Source: Candidatus Argoarchaeum ethanivorans (GTDB taxonomy: Archaea; Halobacteriota; Methanosarcinia; Methanosarcinales; EX4572-44). From it: 64,000 nt of DNA. The DNA is taken from positions 3,900 through 67,899 of the forward strand of contig CAJHIS010000002.1 in NCBI GenBank assembly GCA_905067555.1, written 5' to 3'. This document shows, piece by piece, positions 49,358 through 59,417 of this stretch. The notes under the pieces were generated by a model. It was given only the letters and a program-made list of their open reading frames with translations. It did not search any database and was not told the DNA's origin. Position 1 is the first letter of the stretch, and each line of letters opens with the position of its first letter. Position numbers and translations under genes: made by a program.

Positions 49358-49680
49358 CTTGTTCTGGTCCTCACTGTTTGATCTATATTCTATCTTACAG
49401 TACTCACATATATCAACTTGCCTGTATCAAGGCTGTCATGTCATCTGGTGTTGCTGTAAGTTCAGGTGTTGTGGAAAATGTGGTTATTAGAAATTTTTAC
49501 TACATAAAAAAAGGTTCATTTGTGAAACAGCCAGATTTATCACCGTACATGGCTACTATCTTCTTTCGGAGATACTGTTAAGTGCAAAACATATATAAAA
49601 CGTTCTCTTGATTTAATACATACCCTGCTACAACCTGACCACGCTTCAACCAAAACCTAACTCACCTCACACTCTATCCA

Positions 49681-49718
49681 CGCTTGTACCAATCTCGTGA
49701 CCTCCTGTGATTTTTTCC
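49681..49718 (+). repeat. 10-bp-phased CTNGTG motif cluster, site 4 of 4 (cgcttgtacc aatctcgtga cctcctgtga tttttt)
   Basis: Same unit family as the other three sites. It lies about 80 bp upstream of the MBL-fold gene and is followed by a T6 run. Confidence 0.55.
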
Positions 49719-49789
49719 ACACCAGCTCAAAACACATACAAAAACGTAAATATCATTAAAAACAGAAGAAAGTAAACACTGCTAATTGA

Positions 49790-50437
49790 ATGGAGATATT
49801 GATGAAAATTACTATTATTTATGATAACAATGTTTACACCGAGGGTCTCAAGTCTGACTGGGGTTTTTCATGCCTCGTAGAGGTGTACGGAAAAAAAATA
49901 CTTTTTGATACGGGTGCAGAAGGCTCTATACTTCTTGATAATATGAAAAAACTCAACATAGATCCATCTATAATTGAAGAAATTTTTATTTCTCATTCCC
50001 ATTGGGATCATACTGGCGGGCTTTCAGATTTTCTTGCAGTAAATCCAGTCAAAGTTTATATTCCTGCCTCATTTTCTAAACCACAGAGTGCAGGAGAAGT
50101 GGTTAAAGTAAAAGAGCCACTTAAAATACATGAGAACATTTTTTCAACTGGTGAACTTGGAGGCATAGAACAATCCCTCGTGGTTAAAACAGAACAGGGG
50201 GTGGTTGTGATTGCAGGTTGTTCACATCCCGGTGTCAGGGAAATCCTAGAAAAAGCATCACATTTTGGAAGGGTTTATGCACTTATCGGGGGGCTGCACG
50301 CATTCAAAGAGTTTAATCTGCTTAGAGATTTAGCATTAATCTGCCCAACCCACTGCACCCAGTTCAAATCAGAAATAGAGTCACTGTATCCTGATAAGTG
50401 TGTCAAAGGGGGTGCAGGTAAAGTGATACAAATATAA
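49790..50437 (+). CDS. MBL-fold metallo-hydrolase (MJ0301-like family)
   Basis: HSHWDHTGGL metal-binding motif, 215 aa. An alternative start is ATG 49802. Confidence 0.7.
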   Translation: MEILMKITIIYDNNVYTEGLKSDWGFSCLVEVYGKKILFDTGAEGSILLDNMKKLNIDPSIIEEIFISHSHWDHTGGLSDFLAVNPVKVYIPASFSKPQSAGEVVKVKEPLKIHENIFSTGELGGIEQSLVVKTEQGVVVIAGCSHPGVREILEKASHFGRVYALIGGLHAFKEFNLLRDLALICPTHCTQFKSEIESLYPDKCVKGGAGKVIQI

Positions 50438-50490
50438 TAGGCGTTTTAAGCTGATGTAAAAAAACCACAAAATTGCAGGGAGATTGACAC

Positions 50491-50590
50491 CTGCACAACT
50501 TCGTTGTGCAGAGATAACTAATAACTCAAACGGTGATGTTTTAACAGTAACTATCAACAATTACACGTGTTGTGCAGAGATAACCAATAA
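50491..50590. repeat. Hairpin repeat (type A) plus a duplicated gttgtgcagagataac..aataact half-copy
   Basis: tgcacaacttcgttgtgca at 50491-50509, and a second half-copy at 50568-50590. Confidence 0.8.
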
Positions 50591-50639
50591 CTTAAAACCG
50601 ATCAGAGTTACTGTGTTTAAGTTATTTATGCACAACTCC

Positions 50640-51779
50640 TCACCTCAGCATATATTCATCAATATTCTTTTCCACCATTTCTCTCTTTCTTCTATGCTCT
50701 TTGAGATAATTATTAACTTTTTCTATGAAATATTCTTTAAGTTCTCCTGTTAACATGCTTCCGTCTCTGTAATCCTGTGCTATTTGTGCAAGTTTCCTGT
50801 CGTCTTCCTCAAAGAAATACTTTAAATAAAGAAAAGATACGTCTACATCCGGGTCGCCTCCTTTTTCCCTGTGTTCTTTGATGCTTGGCTGTCCACCCGA
50901 AAATGCATATTTATGTACCTTACTGGCAACTGCATCTTCATCATCACTCAGCCATATAGCATTATTTCCACTGGAACTCATTTTCGGCCCTTCAAGCCCT
51001 GGTGCCAATTTTTTGTGAATTGCAGCCGGCTTTTGAAAGCCAAACCTCTCTGCTATATCTCTTGTCAGCCTCATAAATGGATCCTGGTCTATCCCTATCG
51101 GCACTAACGTTTGATGGGACCCCTCTATAAATTGTGGGTATAGTATGTGTGCTGCCTGCATCGCTGGATAAAATACCCATCCAATGTTATTTTCCGGTTT
51201 CAATCCAAAAACAGCTTTTGCTGTAGAGTATGTGATCTTCTTGGCAACCTGTGAAGCGTACCTGTATATTTTTGTGTGCTCGAAATCCTTGTGAACGATC
51301 GTTTTCTCCGGATCAAACCCCATTGCCAGTATATCCAGTATATTATCATCTGCAAATCTTTCCACATCCCCAACGTTTAGATACTCCTTTATATAGAATT
51401 TCTCGTCGTCTGATACAGGTATGTACACCGTGCATCCATACGCATCCTGGAAGTATTTTGGTATAGCATATAGAGTCAAATGTCCTATATGCATTCTCTC
51501 GGAGGGCCCTCTCCCACTAACTACAGAAACCTTTTCTTTGTTATCGTAAGCATTAAGCCATTTATCCAGATCCCTGTGAGAAAAACACATACCCCTTTTA
51601 ACAGGAGGCGGCAGCGGCAGCTTCAATCTTGAAAACAGATGGTTATCTATAGACTGGGTGCCAAATTCTTCTATCAACCTATTATAGTCAATATCCCCCT
51701 CGACTTCCCATGGAGTTATAGACATATAATTAGCATCCTCTCCGTTCTGAAGAACAGAGAATTCGTGAGGTTTTTCCAT
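50640..51779 (-). CDS. trpS: Tryptophan--tRNA ligase (archaeal/eukaryotic type)
   Basis: 379 aa with HIGH-type MHIGHL, KMSSS and N-terminal PWEVEGDIDYNRLIEEFG. Confidence 0.88.
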   Translation of the reverse strand: MEKPHEFSVLQNGEDANYMSITPWEVEGDIDYNRLIEEFGTQSIDNHLFSRLKLPLPPPVKRGMCFSHRDLDKWLNAYDNKEKVSVVSGRGPSERMHIGHLTLYAIPKYFQDAYGCTVYIPVSDDEKFYIKEYLNVGDVERFADDNILDILAMGFDPEKTIVHKDFEHTKIYRYASQVAKKITYSTAKAVFGLKPENNIGWVFYPAMQAAHILYPQFIEGSHQTLVPIGIDQDPFMRLTRDIAERFGFQKPAAIHKKLAPGLEGPKMSSSGNNAIWLSDDEDAVASKVHKYAFSGGQPSIKEHREKGGDPDVDVSFLYLKYFFEEDDRKLAQIAQDYRDGSMLTGELKEYFIEKVNNYLKEHRRKREMVEKNIDEYMLR

Positions 51780-52030
51780 TATCTATAAACCCTACTTCTT
51801 TTGTCCACTCTAAAAACCAAGATTACATCATCTTCTTGAATAACCCTATAAAGCATCCTAAAATCTCCAATTCTGATCCTATAAACATCCCTTTCTCCCT
51901 TTAATTTCTTAACATCATAAGGAAATGGATCATTCTGGAGTTCCTTTATTCTTTTAAAAATTCTTTCTTTGCTACCATTTTCTAATTTTGATAGAAACTT
52001 TAGGACTTTTGTTGCAAATTCTACCTTCAT
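51779..52030 (-). CDS. relE: RelE/ParE-family type II toxin
   Basis: 83 aa with ...YRIRIGDFRMLYRV..DDVILVFRVDKRSRVY. Its stop overlaps the trpS ATG by 1 nt (TAATG). Confidence 0.8.
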   Translation of the reverse strand: MKVEFATKVLKFLSKLENGSKERIFKRIKELQNDPFPYDVKKLKGERDVYRIRIGDFRMLYRVIQEDDVILVFRVDKRSRVYR

Positions 52031-52299
52031 AACTCAAGAATTCTTTCAGCATCTTCTAAAGAGGTTGTTTTACCTGTGGCATACTCTCTCATGGCTTCGT
52101 TTAAATCTGCTTTATCCTCTTCGCTTAGTACAAGCACGTATTCAGATAATATCTCTTCCATGTTCTTCGTCCTCTTATTTAATTCATCCAGATCATGCTT
52201 CAATAAAAGCAATCCTTCCAATTTTTTATTAATATTCCCTAATATTTGTTGAACTTCGCCACTCATGGCTTCATCCCCCAGAAGGCACACTACTGCCAA
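52027..52299 (-). CDS. Putative antitoxin of the RelE module
   Basis: A small acidic helical protein that overlaps the toxin start by 4 nt. The likely start is MSGEVQQ at 52266. Confidence 0.6.
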   Translation of the reverse strand: MAVVCLLGDEAMSGEVQQILGNINKKLEGLLLLKHDLDELNKRTKNMEEILSEYVLVLSEEDKADLNEAMREYATGKTTSLEDAERILEL

Positions 52300-52351
52300 A
52301 ACTTAAAAGTTTCGTTAAATTGTGCCGTATCTCTATAAAATTATATATTTT

Positions 52352-52612
52352 CTATTCCTCGCTCAGACTCTCTGCAAGTTCGGTATCAATTATTATATAG
52401 TCCCTGGCTGAGCGTACTGATGCAAAAGGTATGTACATAATATTACCTTTCATTTTGAACTTGGTATCAGTGGCATGGTTTGGCTTTACTACCAGGTCTT
52501 TAAGTTCACCAGTTTTAGTATTTATTATTATATTTACAGCTGTTCCAAGTTCCACTCCATCCATGCTGGTTACAGATTTACGAGACATACTTTTTGCAAA
52601 TACTTTTTCCAT
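52352..52612 (-). CDS. PRC-barrel domain protein
   Basis: 86 aa with V.S.DG.ELG......I...TGE...LVV, a PRC-barrel pattern. Confidence 0.7.
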   Translation of the reverse strand: MEKVFAKSMSRKSVTSMDGVELGTAVNIIINTKTGELKDLVVKPNHATDTKFKMKGNIMYIPFASVRSARDYIIIDTELAESLSEE

Positions 52613-52624
52613 GTTTTCTTCCTC

Positions 52625-55447
52625 TTATCTGTATCCTATATATGATTTTTGTTCTTTTGGTTTACCGCCTTTAAACTGGTCTTTGAGGCGTTCATAGTAA
52701 TCCATTATGTTCTCTGCAAGACTTGGGCGTACTTTTTTGAGTGCTTCTCTGAAGTGTTCCATTTCTATTTTTTCCGTGTTTATATTTTCTCTTAAAGCCA
52801 ACATTACTGCTTCTCTGCAGACTGCCTCTATGTCTGCTCCCGTATAGCCCTCTGTTACCTCTTTAAGCTCTTCGAAATCAACATCACTTGAAAGCGGTGT
52901 GTCTCTGGTATGTATCTTAAATATCTCAAGACGTCCTGTTTTAGATGGTGATTCAAGCAGCACCATTCGATCAAAGCGTCCGGAGCGTATTAATGCAGGG
53001 TCTATAATATCAGGACGATTGGTGGCTGCTATGATAATCACATCTTCAAGTACTTCAAGACCATCAATCTCAGTTAGCAATTGGTTGACCATTCTTTCAG
53101 TTGCTCTGTTGGTTTCGCTGCCACGTACCTGAGCTATAGCATCAATCTCATCAAAGAAGATAATCGATGGCGAGACCTGTTTTGCTTTTTTGAATATGTT
53201 TCTAATGGCCTTCTCAGACTCTCCCATCCACTTGGATAGCAGTTGTGGTCCACGTATGCTGATAAAATTGGCTGCTGTCTCGTTTGCTACCGCTTTTGCA
53301 ATAAGTGTTTTGCCTGTACCGGGAGGTCCATAAAGGAGAATTCCTTTTGGTGGGCGAATACCCATTTTTTTGAATTTTTCAGGCTGTGTAAGTGGCCATT
53401 CAACCGTTTCAAGTATTTCCTGCCGTACTTTTTCGAGACCGCCAACGTCCTTCCATGTGTTTGTTGGAATTTCAATCAGTGCTTCCCGCATGGCTGATGG
53501 TTCAACTTCTTTTAGTGCATCATCAAAATCCTTTTGTACAACTCTCATGCTTTCAAGAAGCTCTTTTGGTATTTCTTCATCAAGGTTTATCTGTGGAAGG
53601 TATCTGTGCAGTGCATTCATCGCTGCTTCTTTGGCAAGGGCCGAAACATCTGCACCAACAAAACCATGTGTTGTTGAGGCGAGGTGGTCTAACATGGCGG
53701 CTGTTGAGTCTTCAATGACCTTTTTGATATATTCTGGCGAGACCACATTTAGGTCTAACAGTGTCTCTTTGATTTTTCGTATTTTTTCGTCCTTTTGTTG
53801 TAGTATTTTATCCGGAAATGTGTTTCTGATGTCTTCAGGTTCTCTGATGCTTTTAATGTGTTTGATTTCGCTTATGTCTGCTGCTATGGATTCTAGTATG
53901 CTTTTTTTCTCTTTTATTGCTTCATTTATTTCATTGATAGCAGCTATGTCTTTCTCCAATTTTTTAATATCGTTTTTATTATTCTCTATTTCTTTTTCTA
54001 AATCTTCAATCCTGGATTTCAGATGCTTTATCTGACCCTGCTTATTACTTATCACACTTAAAATTCTCTGAATTAACGGACCTTCAGCCTTTACCCTCTC
54101 CTCCTCCAATCTCTCAAGTTCACCTTTAATCTCCTTTAACTCACGCTCAATATCACTCTTCTCCAATTCAAGAGACTCTATCTTAGAAATATTCTTAGAG
54201 ATGCGCACAGTAGAATTTTTCTCAAAAGATGATAGTTCCTCCAAAAGCACCTTTGCTACAACATCCTTTTCCCAGTGATAAATAGGCATCCCTTGCGTGT
54301 GTATCTGGAATATTTCTTTTCGTTCTTCTCTATTAGGCACGCCGATTTCTATTTCACGATCAAATCTGCCTGGTCTCCGAAGTGCAGGATCTACTGCATC
54401 GATTCGGTTGGTAGCACCGATTACCACCACTTCTCCCCGTTCCTCAAGACCGTCCATCATCGTTAGAAGCTGAGCCACAACACGCCTCTCTACTTCACCT
54501 GTCACTTCTTCTCTTTTTGGTGCTATTGAATCGAGCTCGTCTATGAAGATTATGGCTGGAGCATTCTGGCTTGCTTCTTCAAATATTTCACGCATGTTAT
54601 GTTCGCTCTCGCCATAGTATTTGGACATTATTTCAGGTCCTGCTATAGATATAAAATGTGCACCAGATTCGTTCGCTACCGCCTTTGCAATAAGTGTTTT
54701 GCCTGTGCCGGAAGGCCCATGTAGTAGAATACCTTTTGGAGGCTCAATGCCAAGTTTGTTGAATATCTCGGGGTGTTTCATCGGCAGCTCTATCATCTCA
54801 CGCACCCGCTGTATTTCTTTACTTAAGCCGCCGACGTCTTCATAAGTTATGCCAGTAGCCATGCTTTCAAAACCACTAATGGGCTTTTCATGCAGTATCA
54901 GCTCTGTTTCACTGGTGATTAATACTACTCCATCCGGCACTGTTTCTGCAGCTATAAGAGGTATAGCTTGTCCTGTTACTACTCGTCCAAGGAAAGGATG
55001 TTCCATAGTGCTCATCACAGGTATTACATCACCTCTGGCTATCGGTCGCTTCAATACTTGTTTTTTAACCATCCCGGGAGCGTCCCCGCCAAACTGAATT
55101 CTTGCACCCTCGGTTGGGGCAAGTACTACTTTTACTGCATCATGAACATCGGCTTTTTGCACTTTGACAACATCACCAATACTTGCTTCAGCGTTCTGTC
55201 GTATGAATCCATCTACACGGATAGTCCCCTGGTCCCAGTCTGTTCTATCTGCTCGCCATACTTTTGCACCAGTGATTTTTTTACCCACTATTTCGATGAT
55301 GTCTCCAGGCGAAAGCTTGAGGGTGAGCAGGGTCTGGGGATCAAGTCTTGCAATACCTCGACCTGAATCATTTGGATATGCTTTTGCAATTTTAAGTTTA
55401 ATTTGTTGAATATGGCATTCCTCCTGAGATGTAAATATATAACTCAA
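52625..55447 (-). CDS. cdc48: CDC48/VCP-type AAA+ ATPase with a coiled-coil insertion of about 195 aa in the D1 lid
   Basis: 940 aa with an N domain, D1 ([12 protein letters not shown]), D2 ([12 protein letters not shown]) and a charged heptad-rich insert between IHTQGMPI (about aa 388) and THGFVGAD (about aa 593). Confidence 0.9.
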   Translation of the reverse strand: MSYIFTSQEECHIQQIKLKIAKAYPNDSGRGIARLDPQTLLTLKLSPGDIIEIVGKKITGAKVWRADRTDWDQGTIRVDGFIRQNAEASIGDVVKVQKADVHDAVKVVLAPTEGARIQFGGDAPGMVKKQVLKRPIARGDVIPVMSTMEHPFLGRVVTGQAIPLIAAETVPDGVVLITSETELILHEKPISGFESMATGITYEDVGGLSKEIQRVREMIELPMKHPEIFNKLGIEPPKGILLHGPSGTGKTLIAKAVANESGAHFISIAGPEIMSKYYGESEHNMREIFEEASQNAPAIIFIDELDSIAPKREEVTGEVERRVVAQLLTMMDGLEERGEVVVIGATNRIDAVDPALRRPGRFDREIEIGVPNREERKEIFQIHTQGMPIYHWEKDVVAKVLLEELSSFEKNSTVRISKNISKIESLELEKSDIERELKEIKGELERLEEERVKAEGPLIQRILSVISNKQGQIKHLKSRIEDLEKEIENNKNDIKKLEKDIAAINEINEAIKEKKSILESIAADISEIKHIKSIREPEDIRNTFPDKILQQKDEKIRKIKETLLDLNVVSPEYIKKVIEDSTAAMLDHLASTTHGFVGADVSALAKEAAMNALHRYLPQINLDEEIPKELLESMRVVQKDFDDALKEVEPSAMREALIEIPTNTWKDVGGLEKVRQEILETVEWPLTQPEKFKKMGIRPPKGILLYGPPGTGKTLIAKAVANETAANFISIRGPQLLSKWMGESEKAIRNIFKKAKQVSPSIIFFDEIDAIAQVRGSETNRATERMVNQLLTEIDGLEVLEDVIIIAATNRPDIIDPALIRSGRFDRMVLLESPSKTGRLEIFKIHTRDTPLSSDVDFEELKEVTEGYTGADIEAVCREAVMLALRENINTEKIEMEHFREALKKVRPSLAENIMDYYERLKDQFKGGKPKEQKSYIGYR

Positions 55448-55942
55448 TCATGTACTACATTATATATATTATTTTCTTTTATAGCTTCACACGTGAGGCT
55501 GTCAAATCAGGTTTAAGAGTTCCGGTTTCTAATTTGACAGGTCTTTTTTGTTCTATTGAGGCTTCTTTGGTTTTGTCATGGAAAGGTGTATTGCCTAAGC
55601 AGACCTAAAATTTTTATCTGGTTTTTTGTAATTATATTAGTCTGATCCAGTCGAAAATGTGGGTAGTGTACCAACTTTCGTGACCTATCACAATTTTCCA
55701 TTTTTTTATGCGCCCTACTGGTAGTGATTTTGAATGACACATCAAAATTATGTAAAATCGCCATCAATCCCAATGATTGTTAATTCAACGTCATGGTTTG
55801 TGGGACACTACCATTTAATGGGTTCCACAGGTACTGGAAAAATGAAAAACGTACGCAGCCTTTTCGAGAACTGCAGAATCAGAAAAAAAATAAAAAAAAT
55901 AAAAAATGGATGTACAGTTTATATCAAGATAGTTATACTGCT

Positions 55943-56073
55943 TCAGTTAACTGCTATGCCTGTTGCGCCATAGGAGCTGCCTGAGACTTTAACATCCGTT
56001 GAGTCACAACTTGGGCATTTTGTCTCATCACTGTACCATATTTTTCCGCATTTTTTACAATATCTTCGTGCCA
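55943..56073 (-). pseudogene. Small zinc-ribbon ORF apparently frameshifted at an A-run
   Basis: MARRYCKKCGK then shifts frame. With one extra A in ggaaaatatgg the product would read MARRYCKKCGKIWYSDETKCPSCDSTDVKV..., giving two CxxC pairs. Confidence 0.35.
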
Positions 56074-56387
56074 TCTACTTTACCTCCCATTATCAGGGCA
56101 TATTATCATTATCGTTAATGGTATATAAGGATTATCCATTATAAATAATGAATAACTATTATAATAATTATTCATAACATTAACAGGTCTAACGCATATC
56201 GAAATAATAGCACAGTCGAATTTTTTAGTGAAATTATTAAATCCTTAAATTTCACCAAGCAGAGCACAACAGAAAATGGGAGGGACACCAGAGACCTGAG
56301 CAATGATCGAAACTGTCCTTGAACTCTGTGTGCTATTGCGATTCTAAGCGATGATAAACACCCGGATTTTTAGATAGTGCAGAAATA

Positions 56388-56948
56388 TTATCTTACTGCC
56401 GACAACGCTGTTATAATCATTTCTTTGTATCTTGTCAGATCTGTTTGATAGTGTGCTGATGCCTGCCTGGCTACTGGATTCTCTTTATCATTGAGTCGTT
56501 GTAGTGTCTGATGTGCAGTATCTACTATCCACTGGTCTATGGTGTCCTCTTCGATTACCTGAATTGTCTCAGGTCGCACAGACGTCATAATTGCTCCTTC
56601 TGGTGTAGTGTAGATGTTCGGTTTGCCGATAACTGCTACAAAACCTGGCGGTTCTATTCTAACGACTGCATCTGCTGCTTCCTGTTGATACTGCCCTGCA
56701 TATATGAAAAACGCTCCTGTTGGGTCAGTGATCCTGGCTCGCCAGTATTCTGTTTCATTCCCGATGTTCTCTTTTTCTATCAGGGTGCCGGTGATGTAGA
56801 GTCTGTTAATCCTGGCTCCTGTTTGCGTAATAAGGTATTGTTTTGAGTACTGGTCATCTTCTTCTTTGTATGTGAGGTTTGATTCCTGCAGTTCTTGCGC
56901 AAATATGCGTTTTGCTGGTTCTCGTACATATTGCAGATTTTCTTCCAT
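56388..56948 (-). CDS. RPA-associated protein (COG3390, OB-fold; RPAP)
   Basis: 186 aa whose start abuts the stop of the upstream rpa gene, the same operon layout as haloarchaeal rpa-rpap pairs. Confidence 0.7.
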   Translation of the reverse strand: MEENLQYVREPAKRIFAQELQESNLTYKEEDDQYSKQYLITQTGARINRLYITGTLIEKENIGNETEYWRARITDPTGAFFIYAGQYQQEAADAVVRIEPPGFVAVIGKPNIYTTPEGAIMTSVRPETIQVIEEDTIDQWIVDTAHQTLQRLNDKENPVARQASAHYQTDLTRYKEMIITALSAVR

Positions 56949-58262
56949 TTACAACGCCTCCTCGTTCGTGTTTTTGGATTGCTCGATTGCTACGCAATCG
57001 AGAGTTGAGTGTGTAGTGCTGCCCTCTGTTTGCGTTGTATGCAGTTGTGATAGAAGTTCATCCACTGCCTCTTTTGTTATCTTTGGTAATGCTTTTATCT
57101 CACTCACTATCAGGTGTCGATCAATCTTTGTTCCGATTATTGTATAATATCTACCGATGATTTTTGATTTTATTCTGTCTGTTACTATGTTGTGATCAAG
57201 TGCTTCTATTGCCATGTCTTTTGCTTCAACGAGAGTTATGTTTGTTAGTTCTTCGCTCAATTCTTTGTTTATGATAGCTTCCTGTGTGGTCTTACCATCG
57301 TCTATCACAGCTTTTATCCGAAGATCGTACACACCTTCGACCTTGCCGTGTTCAGTACAAACTCCTTTAGCTAGTGCCCTGTTGCATTCCGGACATCTTT
57401 TTATCAGTCCTGAGCCGTTTTGCACGTCAACGATAACACCTGTAAATTCTGCTGTTTGGATGCTTACTTCCACATCTTCTTCTATTTCAGTGATGCTTGT
57501 CGCTTTGTTCAGTTTTATACTATATCTGCCCTGCCAAACATCTGTTACTGCACTCTCTATTAGATAGGATTTGCCTTCCTCCAATGGTTCAGGAATTGTT
57601 ACTCCCTGAAATATGGTAAATCTTATAATTCCAGTTTCATCTCCAACAAGACCTACCTGAACAATAGATTCATTGTTTGCATCCCACAATTGAGTGACTT
57701 TTACCCTAAGAGTTACCCACTGCCCTTCCTGATTTATATCCTGTATGGATATGATATCGCCAGTGCCTACTTCCACATCTTCTTCTATTTCAGTGATGCC
57801 TGTCGCTTTGTTCATGTTTATCTGGTATTTGTCCTGCCAAACACCTGTTACTGCCGTTTTTACCAGGTAGGATTTGCCTTCCTCCAATGGTTCAGGAATT
57901 GTTACTCCCTGGAACATGGTAAATTTTATAATTCCAGTTTCATCTCCAACAAGACCTACCTGAACGATTGATTCATTGTTTGCTTCCCACAATTGGACAA
58001 CTTTTACCTTGAGAGTTACCCACTGCCCTTCCTGGTTTATGTCTTGTATAGCTGTGATGTCATTTGTAGAACCAGCATAGTACTGGCTTCTATCAATATC
58101 ATGTTCTTTCAGAAAATAATTAACCACGCTTCGTTTAGCTTCTCCAATTGGCACTTTAAATTCACTCGTTAGTTTCTCAAGTCGTTCCCCAGTTTCCTTT
58201 TCAGACAACTCTACTCCAAGTTGTGAAAACCGATTTACTATTTCTTGAACTGTATTTGACAT
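56949..58262 (-). CDS. rpa: RPA ssDNA-binding protein: two near-identical tandem OB folds plus a zinc-finger OB fold
   Basis: 437 aa. Residues 72-165 and 173-266 are near-identical repeats, followed by CPECNRALAKGVCTEHG. The C-terminal tail is encoded by a type B hairpin repeat. Confidence 0.85.
   Translation of the reverse strand: MSNTVQEIVNRFSQLGVELSEKETGERLEKLTSEFKVPIGEAKRSVVNYFLKEHDIDRSQYYAGSTNDITAIQDINQEGQWVTLKVKVVQLWEANNESIVQVGLVGDETGIIKFTMFQGVTIPEPLEEGKSYLVKTAVTGVWQDKYQINMNKATGITEIEEDVEVGTGDIISIQDINQEGQWVTLRVKVTQLWDANNESIVQVGLVGDETGIIRFTIFQGVTIPEPLEEGKSYLIESAVTDVWQGRYSIKLNKATSITEIEEDVEVSIQTAEFTGVIVDVQNGSGLIKRCPECNRALAKGVCTEHGKVEGVYDLRIKAVIDDGKTTQEAIINKELSEELTNITLVEAKDMAIEALDHNIVTDRIKSKIIGRYYTIIGTKIDRHLIVSEIKALPKITKEAVDELLSQLHTTQTEGSTTHSTLDCVAIEQSKNTNEEAL
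56981..57001. repeat. Type B hairpin repeat (ctcgattgctacgcaatcgag) inside the 3' end of the rpa CDS
   Basis: Read directly from the sequence. It encodes ...STLDCVAIEQS... near the C terminus. Confidence 0.85.
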
Positions 58263-58286
58263 AATTTCGATCTCCTTTGTTTAACT

Positions 58287-59246
58287 CTAAGATGATTTTA
58301 TATGTTCATATCCTTTATCATTCAGGCACTCTATAATAATCTTGCCTGCTGAAACTGTCTTCTCAAGAACAATACCTTTTTCTACCACGTCTCCAATCAC
58401 TGTAAAATCAACTTTTTTCTGAAGCTCTGCCACTTTATCCTTTTGAACAGTAAATAACAGCTCAAAATCACCACCTTCATACAGACTCAGTGATAACGCC
58501 TCTTCCTTGGAAAATAGCTGTTTGATATCTTTGTTAACTGGTATTTTTTCGGCACTTATGCTAAATCCTATGTTGTTGTTTGCACGCGACAACTCATGCA
58601 ATGATGCAGCCAAACCATCGCTAATATCTATCATAGCAGTAGCCATTTTAGTCTTACCAATAATAATAGCTTCAGTGATTCTTGGTACTGGCTCAAACAG
58701 TCGGCAGGCTACTTTTTCAGGGCACCTCATGTCGTGCGTTAGTGCAAATAGTGCAGCACCAGCCCCGCCAAGACTTCCTGTCACGCACACAACATCACCA
58801 ACTTTAATCCCGGTTCTGTAAATGATATTTGAAGGATTTACCTTTCCAAGTGCTGTTCCAACAATGGTAAGCTCACTATGACTGTCTATATCGCCTCCAA
58901 TAACCTTGCATGAAACAGTATCTGCACAGGCTGTAATACCCTCCATCATTTCATCAACAAGATTGACGGTTGTGGACTCTGGTAAGCCTAAAGAAAAAAG
59001 TAGTCCCACAGGCTTTGCGCCCATCGCTGCAACATCACTGAGATTTACTGCAGCACTCATCCATCCGATTTGATACCAGCTCATCTGTTCTGGAAAATCA
59101 GTTTTTCGATGAAGCATATCAGTACTTACAACAAGGAATTCGCTCCCGCATTCAATAACAGCACAATCGTCTCCAGCAGTTGTATTTTTTAACAGTGCTG
59201 AAATGTGTTCAACAAGAAGCCGTTCGCCAAGTTCAACAATGCGCAT
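58287..59246 (-). CDS. thiL: Thiamine-monophosphate kinase
   Basis: 319 aa of the AIR-synthase-related family, with GDDCAVIE and the STDML..KTDFP pattern. Confidence 0.8.
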   Translation of the reverse strand: MRIVELGERLLVEHISALLKNTTAGDDCAVIECGSEFLVVSTDMLHRKTDFPEQMSWYQIGWMSAAVNLSDVAAMGAKPVGLLFSLGLPESTTVNLVDEMMEGITACADTVSCKVIGGDIDSHSELTIVGTALGKVNPSNIIYRTGIKVGDVVCVTGSLGGAGAALFALTHDMRCPEKVACRLFEPVPRITEAIIIGKTKMATAMIDISDGLAASLHELSRANNNIGFSISAEKIPVNKDIKQLFSKEEALSLSLYEGGDFELLFTVQKDKVAELQKKVDFTVIGDVVEKGIVLEKTVSAGKIIIECLNDKGYEHIKSS

Positions 59247-59351
59247 CAGGTAAAGTGATGTACACCATCAATAATATATCTTGCCAGGGAATCAATTTCC
59301 ACCCACAAAGATTATTAGTAGGCAGGCATATAAGTTTGATGTCGGCACCAC

Positions 59352-59413
59352 TGCACAACTTCGTTGTGCAGAGATACAAATAACCTTTGACTCTTGATTA
59401 CGAAGCAATCGAG
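59352..59413. repeat. Hairpin repeats (type A plus a type B/C hybrid) immediately upstream of tRNA-Cys
   Basis: tgcacaacttcgttgtgca at 59352-59370 and cttgattacgaagcaatcgag at 59393-59413. Confidence 0.85.
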
Positions 59414-59417
59414 TCGC

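Noticed and set aside
55820-55843. An ORB-like inverted repeat, ttccacaggtactggaa, in the long cdc48-rpap intergenic region, considered as a second origin.
   Set aside because: It is a single copy with no accompanying repeats and no adjacent orc1/cdc6 gene, so the evidence is insufficient.
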